A DNA stretch of 64,000 bases from a virus (lineage: Duplodnaviria > Caudoviricetes). Shown piece after piece: positions 10,537-20,041 of this stretch. The notes below the pieces were generated by a model that made no database searches, was not told the origin of the DNA, and was given only the letters and a program-made list of their open reading frames with translations. Position 1 is the first letter of the stretch; each line of letters opens with the position of its first letter. The stretch is taken from the IMG/VR virus record IMGVR_UViG_3300020434_000055, one strand, 5' to 3'. The translations under genes and the position numbers were made by a program.

Positions 10537-11033
10537 GTATAGACACAATAAATCATAATAGTAATTCTTTTTACAGATTACAAGCCGAAGGTTTTGCTTC
10601 AAAATTTGCATTTTCATTTGCAAAAGAACTTTGTAAAGGCGAAGGATTAGACATTGGTTGTCATAAAAAGGAATGGGCTTTACCTGGAGCTACACCTATA
10701 GATAAAATATTTGGTGACGAATGGTATGCAGAAAATCTTCCAAACAAAAAATATGATTATATTTTTTCTTCACATTGTTTAGAACATTTAGATGATTGGG
10801 TAGGAGCATTAGATTATTGGACTGAACATTTAAAAACAGGTGGAGTTATGTTTTTATATTTGCCTCATTATGAACAAACATATTGGCGACCTTGGAATAA
10901 TAGAAAACATATTCATATACTAGATCCTAAATATTTAAGAGACTATTTCAAAGCAAGACCTTTTCATAACATATGTGTAACTGATGGATACGATTTAAAT
11001 TATTCTTTTTACGCTATAGCGGAGAAAAAATAA
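10533..11033 (+). CDS. Class I SAM-dependent methyltransferase
   Basis: GLDIGC, YDYIFSSHCLEH, LKTGG. Confidence 0.85.
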   Translation: MSIDTINHNSNSFYRLQAEGFASKFAFSFAKELCKGEGLDIGCHKKEWALPGATPIDKIFGDEWYAENLPNKKYDYIFSSHCLEHLDDWVGALDYWTEHLKTGGVMFLYLPHYEQTYWRPWNNRKHIHILDPKYLRDYFKARPFHNICVTDGYDLNYSFYAIAEKK

Positions 11034-11605
11034 TGATGTTCGGTAAAAATCCAGGTACAGATAAAACCTGGATAAGAATTCCTAAAGATAGCATTGGTGC
11101 AGAATTAGGTGTATGGCGAGGAGATAGTTCTGTAAAATTTCTAAACAATGCAAAACACATACATTTAGTAGATAGTTGGAGTACTATACCATATGAAAAC
11201 TCTGATGAATTTGGTAATTACCAAGCCTATCTTGATAGATATTCTATACTTGTAAAGTCTAATAATCCAGAAGATTTTCAAAAATACTATGACAAAATTT
11301 ATAATAGTGTTGTTAAAAGATTTAAAAATAGTCCTGTAACAATTTATCGTATGTCAACTAAAGAATGGTTTGAAAGTTTTAAAGAAAAATTAGATTGGAT
11401 ATATGTAGACGCTAGTCATAGCTTTGAAGGTTGTTATTATGATTTAATTAATGCTGTAAAATTTATTAAGCCAGGAGGAACTTTATTTGGTGATGATTAT
11501 GGAGATAAAAAACCAAATGTAAAAAAAGCCGTAGATAAGTTTATTGCTGATACAGGTTATGAATTTAATAATTTTCATTTAGATCAATTTGAGGTAAAGA
11601 TATAA
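11033..11605 (+). CDS. SAM-dependent methyltransferase (Methyltransf_24-like)
   Basis: AELGVWRG, DWIYVDASH, IKPGG..FGDDY. Confidence 0.85.
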   Translation: MMFGKNPGTDKTWIRIPKDSIGAELGVWRGDSSVKFLNNAKHIHLVDSWSTIPYENSDEFGNYQAYLDRYSILVKSNNPEDFQKYYDKIYNSVVKRFKNSPVTIYRMSTKEWFESFKEKLDWIYVDASHSFEGCYYDLINAVKFIKPGGTLFGDDYGDKKPNVKKAVDKFIADTGYEFNNFHLDQFEVKI

Positions 11606-12150
11606 TGCACCCTACGTCAATGGAAAATATGCGTTTAGCAAAAACAAAAATACCTGATCTAGGAAATAATATAACAATAGTAGATGTAGGTGGTAGAGGA
11701 ACAAAACAAATACCTGTTAGATCTTATCAAAAAGTTTTTAAAGACGTATACAAACATTATTACGTTGCTGACATCAATGAAGGTCCTGGTGTTACTCACA
11801 TTATGCCAGAACAATACAAATTACCATTTGCAGATAATTCAATAGATTTAGTAGTATCTGGGCAAACATTAGAACACGTAAGGAACCCTTTTAAAATGAT
11901 GACTGAAATAAAAAGAATTATAAAACCAAATAGATATATGATAATAATAGCACCAAGCACAGGACCAAATCATGATGATATAGATTGTTGGCGTTTCATG
12001 GCTAACAGTTTTGAATCAATAGCTCAGGAATGTAATATTAAATTTATTGAATCTTGGATAACAAATGATGCTGTTTGTGATAAAAAAAGTTATAGATTTG
12101 AAAGTAGACGAAATATTTGGTCAGATCATACATTCATAGGACAAAAATAA
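11605..12150 (+). CDS. Class I SAM-dependent methyltransferase
   Basis: IVDVGG, IDLVVSGQTLEHV, DCWRF. Confidence 0.85.
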   Translation: MHPTSMENMRLAKTKIPDLGNNITIVDVGGRGTKQIPVRSYQKVFKDVYKHYYVADINEGPGVTHIMPEQYKLPFADNSIDLVVSGQTLEHVRNPFKMMTEIKRIIKPNRYMIIIAPSTGPNHDDIDCWRFMANSFESIAQECNIKFIESWITNDAVCDKKSYRFESRRNIWSDHTFIGQK

Positions 12151-12851
12151 TGACAATGTCAAACAAAGATGCGGCGGAATGGCAAAAACAATTAGACAAA
12201 TTACAAATGTCTACTTTAAATGAATTGTTTTTAAAACATAAATGCCTTAAAGGTATAGACCTAAAATATGATGAAATTTATGAAGCTGACTTTAAAAAAT
12301 TAAGAAATGAACCAATTAATATATTAGAAATAGGTGTAGATCAAGGACGAAGTATAGCTGTTTGGTTAGATTATTTTCCTAATGCTAAAATTTATGCTAT
12401 AGATATTTTTACAAGAATGCATGAATCTCGTATTAAATCTCTTAAAGACAACAGAGTACAATATTTAAAAATAGACAGCACTCACCCAGATGTACACAAT
12501 CAAGTTGCACAATGGAAAACTGAATTTGATATTGTAATAGATGATGGTAGACATACTCCCGAAGCAAATGCATTAACATTTAAAAGCATTGCTCCTTTTT
12601 TAAAACCAAATGGCATATATTACATAGAAGATATTTGGCCTATAGATCAAATGACTAAATCAGATCTTAAAAATTTAGGATTTGATTTTAAAAAACAAAT
12701 AGCTTGGGCTCAAAAATATCGTAAAGGAGAATTTACAGAGAACAAATGGAAAATGTTTATTAATACACTTAAAGGATATAAAATAAAAAAGTTCGACAAT
12801 AGAAAAAAATGTAAACTATTAGATAGTTACATTTATAAAATTACAAAATGA
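12150..12851 (+). CDS. Sugar O-methyltransferase-like protein (MycE-like SAM MTase)
   Basis: ILEIGV, DIVIDDGRH, LKPNGIYYIED; start set at the TAATG overlap. Confidence 0.8.
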   Translation: MTMSNKDAAEWQKQLDKLQMSTLNELFLKHKCLKGIDLKYDEIYEADFKKLRNEPINILEIGVDQGRSIAVWLDYFPNAKIYAIDIFTRMHESRIKSLKDNRVQYLKIDSTHPDVHNQVAQWKTEFDIVIDDGRHTPEANALTFKSIAPFLKPNGIYYIEDIWPIDQMTKSDLKNLGFDFKKQIAWAQKYRKGEFTENKWKMFINTLKGYKIKKFDNRKKCKLLDSYIYKITK

Positions 12852-13516
12852 AAGCATTTATAATAACAATTTTTGACAATGAAGATAGTGTTGCTTATAG
12901 TAATAATGTTATTAAATCAATTAAAGAAACAAATTCTGATTTAGAACCTATTGTTTATCCAGCTGTCACTCCAGCAACAATGTGGAAAGTTGATTGGACA
13001 TGGCCCTGGCATAAAAAGAAAATTTGTGAAAAAACAAAATTATTATTAAAACCATATAAAACGTATGATATGTATAAAAGAATTGCCGCGGCAGGTAGCC
13101 ATTATGCTTTATGGAACAAATGTGTTAAATTAAATGAACCAATAGTAATTTGTGAACATGATGCATACTTTACTAGAAAATTTACACCATTTGATTTTGA
13201 AGGAGGTTGTTTAGGATTAAATGATCCTGCAAAAGCTACACCAAAAGCAGAACTTTTTCATGACACATTAAAAAATTTAGGTGAAGGAATACACGAAGCA
13301 CCTTGGGTAATGAAAAAAGAAATACCACAAGGAATGGCAGGTAATAGTACGTTTGTTATAAAACCATGGGCCGCAAAAGAAATAATTAAAGCACAAGACG
13401 AAATTGGTTGGTGGCCTAATGATGCCATAACTTGTAAACAACTTTTTCCATGGATTAAAGTCGCATATCCATATTATTCGAAAGTACAAAACATCAAATC
13501 AACTACATCATTATAA
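12848..13516 (+). CDS. Glycosyltransferase family 25-like
   Basis: SHYALWNKC, ICEHDA, ..IKPWAAK...WPND. Confidence 0.75.
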   Translation: MKAFIITIFDNEDSVAYSNNVIKSIKETNSDLEPIVYPAVTPATMWKVDWTWPWHKKKICEKTKLLLKPYKTYDMYKRIAAAGSHYALWNKCVKLNEPIVICEHDAYFTRKFTPFDFEGGCLGLNDPAKATPKAELFHDTLKNLGEGIHEAPWVMKKEIPQGMAGNSTFVIKPWAAKEIIKAQDEIGWWPNDAITCKQLFPWIKVAYPYYSKVQNIKSTTSL

Positions 13517-13543
13517 AACTGGTTAATAAATATTGGTAATCCA

Positions 13544-14266
13544 ATGAGAATATTATTAACAGGTCATAAAGGTTTTATAGGTTCAGCTCTTTATAAAAGA
13601 TTAGAAGAAAAAAATCATAAAATTTTTGGTATAGATACTAAAGCAAATTCAAACATTTTTACGGCAGAACTTCCGGAAGTTGATTTAGTTATTCATTTAG
13701 CCGCCATAGGTGGGGTAAGAGAATCATTGGCAGATCCTAAAAAATATTGGTCGGTTAATGTTGAAGGAACTAAAAGAATTATAGAACATTATCAAAATAC
13801 AAGAGTGTTATATGCTGGATCAAGTTCACAATATGAACCACATTTAAATCCTTATGCCGCTAGTAAAAATGCAATTGAATATATTCCTCATCCTAATTCT
13901 GTTGTAATGAGATTTCATACAGTTTATTCTGATACACCAAGATTTAATATGTTTTTTGACAAGTTATTAAATGGAAAATTAGAATATGTAACTAATCATA
14001 AAAGGGATTTCCTTCATATTGAAGACTTATGTGATGCAATACTAACTATTATTGACAATCCTTTTTTTAAAGGTCCCGTAGATATAGGCACAGGACAAAG
14101 TGTTAGGATACGAGATATAGCACCTAATTTACCAGTAAAAGAAATTACTTTAGGAGAAAGACTAGAAACATTAGCTGACATTAGTAAAATGAAACAATTA
14201 GGATGGTCACCTAAATGGACAGTACAAAAATTTTTAACACAACAGGGATTTGATGTAAAATTATGA
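13544..14266 (+). CDS. NAD-dependent epimerase/dehydratase
   Basis: TGHKGFIG, HLAA, SSS, YAASK, RFHTVY; TAAATA at 13527-13532. Confidence 0.92.
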   Translation: MRILLTGHKGFIGSALYKRLEEKNHKIFGIDTKANSNIFTAELPEVDLVIHLAAIGGVRESLADPKKYWSVNVEGTKRIIEHYQNTRVLYAGSSSQYEPHLNPYAASKNAIEYIPHPNSVVMRFHTVYSDTPRFNMFFDKLLNGKLEYVTNHKRDFLHIEDLCDAILTIIDNPFFKGPVDIGTGQSVRIRDIAPNLPVKEITLGERLETLADISKMKQLGWSPKWTVQKFLTQQGFDVKL

Positions 14267-14613
14267 AAGCAGGAAAAATTTGGGGACAAACAGAATTAAT
14301 ACACGCAAATGGTGTATTAGAATTTCATAGAATAGATTTTAAAGCAGGTGGAGTTTGTTCTAAACACAAACACAAATATAAATGGAATGGCTTTTATGTT
14401 GTTTCAGGCAAAATGATTGTAAGAGTTTGGAAAGATGATCAAGGACTAGTAGATGAAACATTATTAAATGCTGGTGACTGGACAAGAATTAAACCAGGAG
14501 AATATCATCAATTTGAAGGAGTAGAAGATGGTATTGCTTTTGAATTATACTGGGCACAATTTGATCATGATGATATAGAAAGAGAATATTCCGGGTCTAA
14601 AAAAAATGATTAA
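14263..14613 (+). CDS. Cupin, sugar-isomerase-like
   Basis: HKHKYK...F...G and PGEYHQF metal motifs. Confidence 0.75.
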   Translation: MKAGKIWGQTELIHANGVLEFHRIDFKAGGVCSKHKHKYKWNGFYVVSGKMIVRVWKDDQGLVDETLLNAGDWTRIKPGEYHQFEGVEDGIAFELYWAQFDHDDIEREYSGSKKND

Positions 14614-15283
14614 TGTTTTTATAGGATATGATAACAAAGAAAAAGTAGCGTTCAATGTACTATCGTATAGTATAATAAAAAATAGTACTAGACCTGTTGC
14701 TATTACTCCAGTTAATTTACAAAATATAAAAGATAACTTTACTAGAGAACGTAGTAATATAGAATCAACTGAATTTAGTTTTAGTAGATTTATAGTACCT
14801 CACCTTATGAATTATAAGGGGTGGGCATTGTTTATGGATTGTGACCAGTTAATGTTAACAGATATTGCTGAGTTATGGAGATTAAGAGATGAACGTTATG
14901 CTGTACAAGTATGTAAGCACGATTATGTACCTAGAAAAGAACAGAAATTTTTAGGACAAGTACAAACAAAATATGAAAAGAAAAATTGGTCAAGTTTTAT
15001 GTTAATGAATTGTGATAAATGTACAGCACTGACTCCTGATTATGTTAATAATGCAACAGGATTACAATTACATCAATTTAAATGGTTAGCAGATGAAAGT
15101 CTAATAGGTGATTTACCTTTAGAATGGAATTGGTTAGTTGGAGAATATGAAAAGAAAGATGATGTTAATAATGTTCATTTTACAGAAGGTGGACCTTGGT
15201 TTGTAGATTATTTGCATTGTGATTATGCAGACGAATGGCAAAAATTAAAACAAGAAACAACACAAACTAATTTAATAAAATAG
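14606..15283 (+). CDS. GT-A glycosyltransferase (GT8-like)
   Basis: FIGYD, TEFSFSRF, FMDCD, KNWSS, EWNWL, HFTEGGP. Confidence 0.85.
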   Translation: MINVFIGYDNKEKVAFNVLSYSIIKNSTRPVAITPVNLQNIKDNFTRERSNIESTEFSFSRFIVPHLMNYKGWALFMDCDQLMLTDIAELWRLRDERYAVQVCKHDYVPRKEQKFLGQVQTKYEKKNWSSFMLMNCDKCTALTPDYVNNATGLQLHQFKWLADESLIGDLPLEWNWLVGEYEKKDDVNNVHFTEGGPWFVDYLHCDYADEWQKLKQETTQTNLIK

Positions 15284-15290
15284 GAATCAA

Positions 15291-16109
15291 ATGGCAAGAT
15301 GGTACGCAGTTGATCATAAAGATGAAATCTTAAAAAATTGGATGGCGGGTATTAAACACGTTGTTGCAGAGCCATCTGAATATAATCATTGGGATCATAT
15401 AAAAGGTACCTCTATAGAAAATCCTGTATCCATTAGAGGAATGACCAATCATAAAATTATTCGTAATTGTTGGGCAACAAAAAGAGATTTTTATTACGTA
15501 GATACAGGATACATAGGTAATAATAAAAAAAGAAAAGAATGGCATAGAGTAGTTCTTAATAATGTTCAACATCGAAAAGTTATTGATGTTCCTTCTGACA
15601 GATTTGATTGGCTCTTTATGCATGATCCTGAACTTAAATTTCCCGGTTGGAGGAAGGACGGTCGAGCAATATTACTTGTAACGCCTAGTCCTAAACCGTG
15701 TAGATTCTATAATGTAGACCGAGATAAATGGGTAGAAGATACTGTGAATACATTAAAGAAATATACAGATAGAGAAATTATTATTAGAGAAAAAGTGGAA
15801 AGACGTTTAAGAGTAGGTACAGGTCACATATATACTCAAATAAGAAATGATGACATTTATGCTTTGGTCACTTATCAATCTATAGGAGCTATAGAAGGAA
15901 TAATAAGAGGCGTTCCAGCATTTACTAGTGCTCCTACAGCCGCTGATTCTGTAAGCAATAAAGATTTAACAAAAATAGAAACACCTTGGTATCCTGACGA
16001 AGAACAAATATATAAATGGCAAAAATGGTTAGCATATTGTCAATATACTTCTGCAGAATTATCAAATGGTAATGCATTAAGATTTATAAAAGACAAGGGA
16101 TTAAAATAA
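15291..16109 (+). CDS. Capsule-biosynthesis-like GT-B protein (KpsC/KpsS-like), paralog 1
   Basis: YVDTGY, IIIREK, LVTYQSIGAIEGIIRGVP. Confidence 0.6.
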   Translation: MARWYAVDHKDEILKNWMAGIKHVVAEPSEYNHWDHIKGTSIENPVSIRGMTNHKIIRNCWATKRDFYYVDTGYIGNNKKRKEWHRVVLNNVQHRKVIDVPSDRFDWLFMHDPELKFPGWRKDGRAILLVTPSPKPCRFYNVDRDKWVEDTVNTLKKYTDREIIIREKVERRLRVGTGHIYTQIRNDDIYALVTYQSIGAIEGIIRGVPAFTSAPTAADSVSNKDLTKIETPWYPDEEQIYKWQKWLAYCQYTSAELSNGNALRFIKDKGLK

Positions 16110-17062
16110 TGTTAAGAGTAGTTGCATATATGAGAGTAATACCGCCTGGAAATAAAAATCCACAAAAGCCTTTAATTATTAAAAATTTTATAGAAGGAGT
16201 AAACAGAGCAGGCGATCAAGGGCTAGTTATAAACTCATGGCAAATTGTAAATGCTGATGTATCAGTAATACAAGGTTTTGTACATAAAGATTCTAAACAA
16301 ACACGACATTTACTTTTAAGAAAAAATGTTTATGAAAATCAAATAAAATTAAAGAAAAAATGTTTAATTGTTGATAGTAGTTTATTTTTATGGGCAGATC
16401 CTAAACAAGAAAAAACATATTTAAGATATGGCTTTAATGGAATTTTTCCAAATACAGCAGAATATTGTAATGAAACTCCTGATCCTGCGAGGTGGGAAAA
16501 AATTAAAAAAGATCTTAATGTAGATCTTAAACCTTGGAGAATTAATAAAAATGCAGGAGATTGGATTTTAATTTGTTGCCAACGAGATGGTGGTTGGAGT
16601 ATGGATGGTACGCCAGTAATGCAATGGCTAACAGATGTTATTAGAAAAATTCGAAAATATTCTGGTAGAAGAATTAAAGTAAGATTTCACCCAGGGGACA
16701 AAAATACAGGACAACATCACCAACAAATAAGAAAATGGATAACGACAAATAGTAAAGATTATAGTAATGTTGGAATTAGTACTTCAAAAGATATAAGAGA
16801 TGAATATGCCGGTGCCTGTGCAGTTGTAGGTCATAACTCAAGTCCAACTGTATCTAGTGTTATAGAAGGAATACCTACTTTTGTAACTGATCCATTACGT
16901 GCTCAGTCATCTCCAGTTGCACATCATTCATTTGAATTTATAGAAAAACCTAAAGAATTTGATAGAACAGTATGGGTACAACGAATGGCACAAATACATT
17001 GGACTTTAAATGAATTAAGAGATGGTACTGCTTGGAGACATTTAAGGAAATGGGTTAAATGA
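16109..17062 (+). CDS. Capsule-biosynthesis-like GT-B protein, paralog 2
   Basis: ILICCQ, VRFHP, VVGHNSS....VIEGIP. Confidence 0.6.
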   Translation: MLRVVAYMRVIPPGNKNPQKPLIIKNFIEGVNRAGDQGLVINSWQIVNADVSVIQGFVHKDSKQTRHLLLRKNVYENQIKLKKKCLIVDSSLFLWADPKQEKTYLRYGFNGIFPNTAEYCNETPDPARWEKIKKDLNVDLKPWRINKNAGDWILICCQRDGGWSMDGTPVMQWLTDVIRKIRKYSGRRIKVRFHPGDKNTGQHHQQIRKWITTNSKDYSNVGISTSKDIRDEYAGACAVVGHNSSPTVSSVIEGIPTFVTDPLRAQSSPVAHHSFEFIEKPKEFDRTVWVQRMAQIHWTLNELRDGTAWRHLRKWVK

Positions 17063-17898
17063 AAAATTATACAGTAGTAACTACCTTTAATAAAAAAGGA
17101 ATGGATTTATATGGACAAAAATTTATAAATTCTTTTAATAAAAATGTGGATGAAAGTATACCTTTAATAGTATATGCAGAAAATTGTAATCCAACAGGAG
17201 ATAGTAGAACAACAATTTATAAGAGTGAAGTTATAACAGATTTAATGGCATTCAAAAATAAATGGAAAGATGTTCCTAAAGCAAATGGTATATGTCCTTT
17301 TCCTGAAAAGCGTCCACGAGATCATCATAAAAAATTTAAATGGGACGCTATAAGATTTTCAAATAAAGTTTATTCAGTACTTCATGCTACAGAAGATAAC
17401 ACCCGCGATTGGGTAATATGGATGGATGCTGATATTGTTGTACATAGTATTTGGCCTATACAAGACTTTCTAAAATTATTCCCTGATGACAAATGGTTAA
17501 CATATGTGGGTAGAGGACCAGGTTCACAAACTTGGCCTGAGTGTGGATTTTATGGAATGAATTTAAAACAACCTGCTTGTTTAGAATTTTTAAAAGAATT
17601 TAAACGTGTTTATGACGATCCTGAAAATGGTATTTTTTTATTATCAGAATGGCATGACTCTTTTGTTTTTGGAAAACTATTAAATGATGCAAAACAACGT
17701 AATGCTAATGTGCTAGATTATAGTAAAAACATATACAACAGGACCGCAAAGACGGGCGGAGGCGGGCATCCATTCATTAATTGCGTATTGGGTACATGGC
17801 TAGATCATTTAAAAGGTGATTCCAGAAAACAAAAAGGAACTAGTTTAAAAACAGATTTAATGAGACAAAGATCTGAAAATTATTGGAAAACAATATGA
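17059..17898 (+). CDS. Putative GT-A glycosyltransferase
   Basis: WDAIRFSNKV, WMDAD, ECGF, WHDSFVF, HLKG. Confidence 0.7.
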   Translation: MKNYTVVTTFNKKGMDLYGQKFINSFNKNVDESIPLIVYAENCNPTGDSRTTIYKSEVITDLMAFKNKWKDVPKANGICPFPEKRPRDHHKKFKWDAIRFSNKVYSVLHATEDNTRDWVIWMDADIVVHSIWPIQDFLKLFPDDKWLTYVGRGPGSQTWPECGFYGMNLKQPACLEFLKEFKRVYDDPENGIFLLSEWHDSFVFGKLLNDAKQRNANVLDYSKNIYNRTAKTGGGGHPFINCVLGTWLDHLKGDSRKQKGTSLKTDLMRQRSENYWKTI

Positions 17899-18734
17899 AA
17901 TTTGGCGTGTTTACAGAAAACGGATCTTTAAATAGTCTTCCCGTTTTTAACTCAGTTATAAATGGTTTATTAAAACAAGGACATGAAGTAGTTCAAAATT
18001 CTATGGACGTAGATGTACCTGTTATATGGTCATTACTCTGGCACGGTCGTATGGCTCCAAATAAAACAATATGGGAAACTTTTCATTCACAAAATAAAAA
18101 AGTATTAGTAATAGAAGTTGGAAACATTAAAAGAAATCATACATGGAAAGTTGGTATAGATGGAATAAATCGAAAAGCAGATTTTGGTCCAAAAAATAAT
18201 GGACCAGATAGAGTAAACAAATTTAATTTAAAATATCTTCCTTGGAGAGAAAAAGGTGAACATATAATATTATGTGTTCAACATGATAAAAGTGAACAAT
18301 GGAAAAATATGCCACCTTTAAATCAATACATACACGAAACTATATGGGAAATAAGAAAATATACAAAAAGAAAAATAATAATTAGGACCCATCCTAGATG
18401 TCCAGTTAAAATAAATTTAAGAGATGAAAAAGATGTAGGTATGCAGATGCCTAAATTAATTAAAGATAGTTATGATGATTTTGATTTAGATTTAAAAAAT
18501 TGTTGGGCCGTAGTTAGTTGGAGTAGTAACCCAGGTCCTACAGCAATTCTTAATGGAATACCAGCATTTGTAGGAGAGCAGAGTCTTGCATATGACGTAG
18601 GAAACACTGATCTCGCCCACATAGAAGACCCTAAAATGCCCGACAGGCAACAATGGCTACAAGATTACGCATATACAGAGTGGACAACCAACGAAATAGC
18701 AGAAGGATTACCGTTTGAACGATTGACTTTTTGA
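17895..18734 (+). CDS. Capsule-biosynthesis-like GT-B protein, paralog 3
   Basis: VIEVG, ILCVQ, IRTHP, VVSWSSN....ILNGIP; start set at the ATGA overlap. Confidence 0.6.
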   Translation: MKFGVFTENGSLNSLPVFNSVINGLLKQGHEVVQNSMDVDVPVIWSLLWHGRMAPNKTIWETFHSQNKKVLVIEVGNIKRNHTWKVGIDGINRKADFGPKNNGPDRVNKFNLKYLPWREKGEHIILCVQHDKSEQWKNMPPLNQYIHETIWEIRKYTKRKIIIRTHPRCPVKINLRDEKDVGMQMPKLIKDSYDDFDLDLKNCWAVVSWSSNPGPTAILNGIPAFVGEQSLAYDVGNTDLAHIEDPKMPDRQQWLQDYAYTEWTTNEIAEGLPFERLTF

Positions 18735-18751
18735 CAATACCAAAGTATAAT
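18723..18751 (+). promoter_or_regulatory. sigma70-type promoter
   Basis: TTGACT-17-TATAAT; implies the next gene starts at ATG 18758. Confidence 0.75.
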
Positions 18752-18757
18752 ATAGGT

Positions 18758-20041
18758 ATGCAAAAAATCACAATAGAAGAGTGTTTAGAGATGATCGTAG
18801 GGTTGGGCGAAGAAGCCATAAACCCACCTTTTATATTGTTAAACAAGGACAAAAAAATACTAACTGATATTGCTAAAAAGGTTTATCGAGGAACAGCATT
18901 AACTGATAGACAATATGCTGTAATAAAAAAGCTTCTAGTTAATAATTATTCTACCCAATTTAAAAACAGAAAAATTGACATTCACGTATCATCTACGATG
19001 TTGCGTAAAACATTACGACAAATAGATAGAAGTTCTTATATTAAAATTGGAAAATACAAAGACCATATATACAATCCTTTTGGATATGATACTTATAACG
19101 TAGATAAAGTTATTATAGTAAGATTTCCATTTAATATAGTTCTTAGTAAACTTATAGGAGAAATTAAAAAACTTTTTCCTTTACAAAGTTATTCTTCTAA
19201 AAGAAATGATAAAAACAAATATATATTTCCTTATACAGAACGCATAGCTTATAAAATAATTGATAGGTTTAAAAATAAAATAAAAGATATAGATCCTTTA
19301 TTATTAGAAATTCACAAACAATGTGAAGAAATAGATATTAATAAAGAAAAATATCTTCCTGGAATTTATGATTATAAAATAAAATATTGTTCACCTAAAA
19401 TATCTCAATTCTATACAGAAAAATTTGGTAACCCAGATTTAAGTAATCTTTATTTGTATAAAGATAGAAGTGAATATCTTGGATTAAAACATTTTAATAA
19501 TGCACATCTTGAAGAATCATTAAAGCCATTAGATGATTATACACAAAAAATTGTTATGCGTAAAACGTCAGTAATTACTTGTGATAAGAAAAAATGGAAC
19601 CCTTTCCAAATAATTAAGACAATGTTTACTTTAAAAAGACTTCCTTTATTAATTGTTTTACCTGTATTTCCTAAACAAAGTCCTATTAATAATTTAATTC
19701 AATCCTTTAATATTTTAAAGAATTTTGTCAATCCAAAAGACATTTCGGTTTTGTTTAGATTAGAAAACGTTAACGATGGTATCGCATTTAACGAATTTGT
19801 ACGAGATAATGGTCTCAATAATAAACTTGCAAATAATACAAAAATAGTGTACATTAATAATAAAAAGATTCCAAAACCTTTATTGAAATCTAGCTGGAGA
19901 CCTGAAGGAGTATTATGTCTAGATACTACAAGGAATTACAGCAAAGTAAATCAGTTTGAGGAAGAATTTGATTTGGTTATTCAATATAGTAGCGAGGAAC
20001 ATACTCCTTGGAATCCTTATTTTGTTGTAGAAAGCATATGA
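18758..20041 (+). CDS. Hypothetical protein upstream of uvsW
   Basis: Long ORF coupled to uvsW by ATGA. Confidence 0.75.
   Translation: MQKITIEECLEMIVGLGEEAINPPFILLNKDKKILTDIAKKVYRGTALTDRQYAVIKKLLVNNYSTQFKNRKIDIHVSSTMLRKTLRQIDRSSYIKIGKYKDHIYNPFGYDTYNVDKVIIVRFPFNIVLSKLIGEIKKLFPLQSYSSKRNDKNKYIFPYTERIAYKIIDRFKNKIKDIDPLLLEIHKQCEEIDINKEKYLPGIYDYKIKYCSPKISQFYTEKFGNPDLSNLYLYKDRSEYLGLKHFNNAHLEESLKPLDDYTQKIVMRKTSVITCDKKKWNPFQIIKTMFTLKRLPLLIVLPVFPKQSPINNLIQSFNILKNFVNPKDISVLFRLENVNDGIAFNEFVRDNGLNNKLANNTKIVYINNKKIPKPLLKSSWRPEGVLCLDTTRNYSKVNQFEEEFDLVIQYSSEEHTPWNPYFVVESI

Noticed and set aside
18731-18757. TTG start at 18731 given by the ORF track
   Set aside because: It lies inside a sigma70 promoter; ATG 18758 fits better. 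Similar resets were made at 12150, 17895, 20038, 28506, 32611, 46501, 55199, 60052 and 62572
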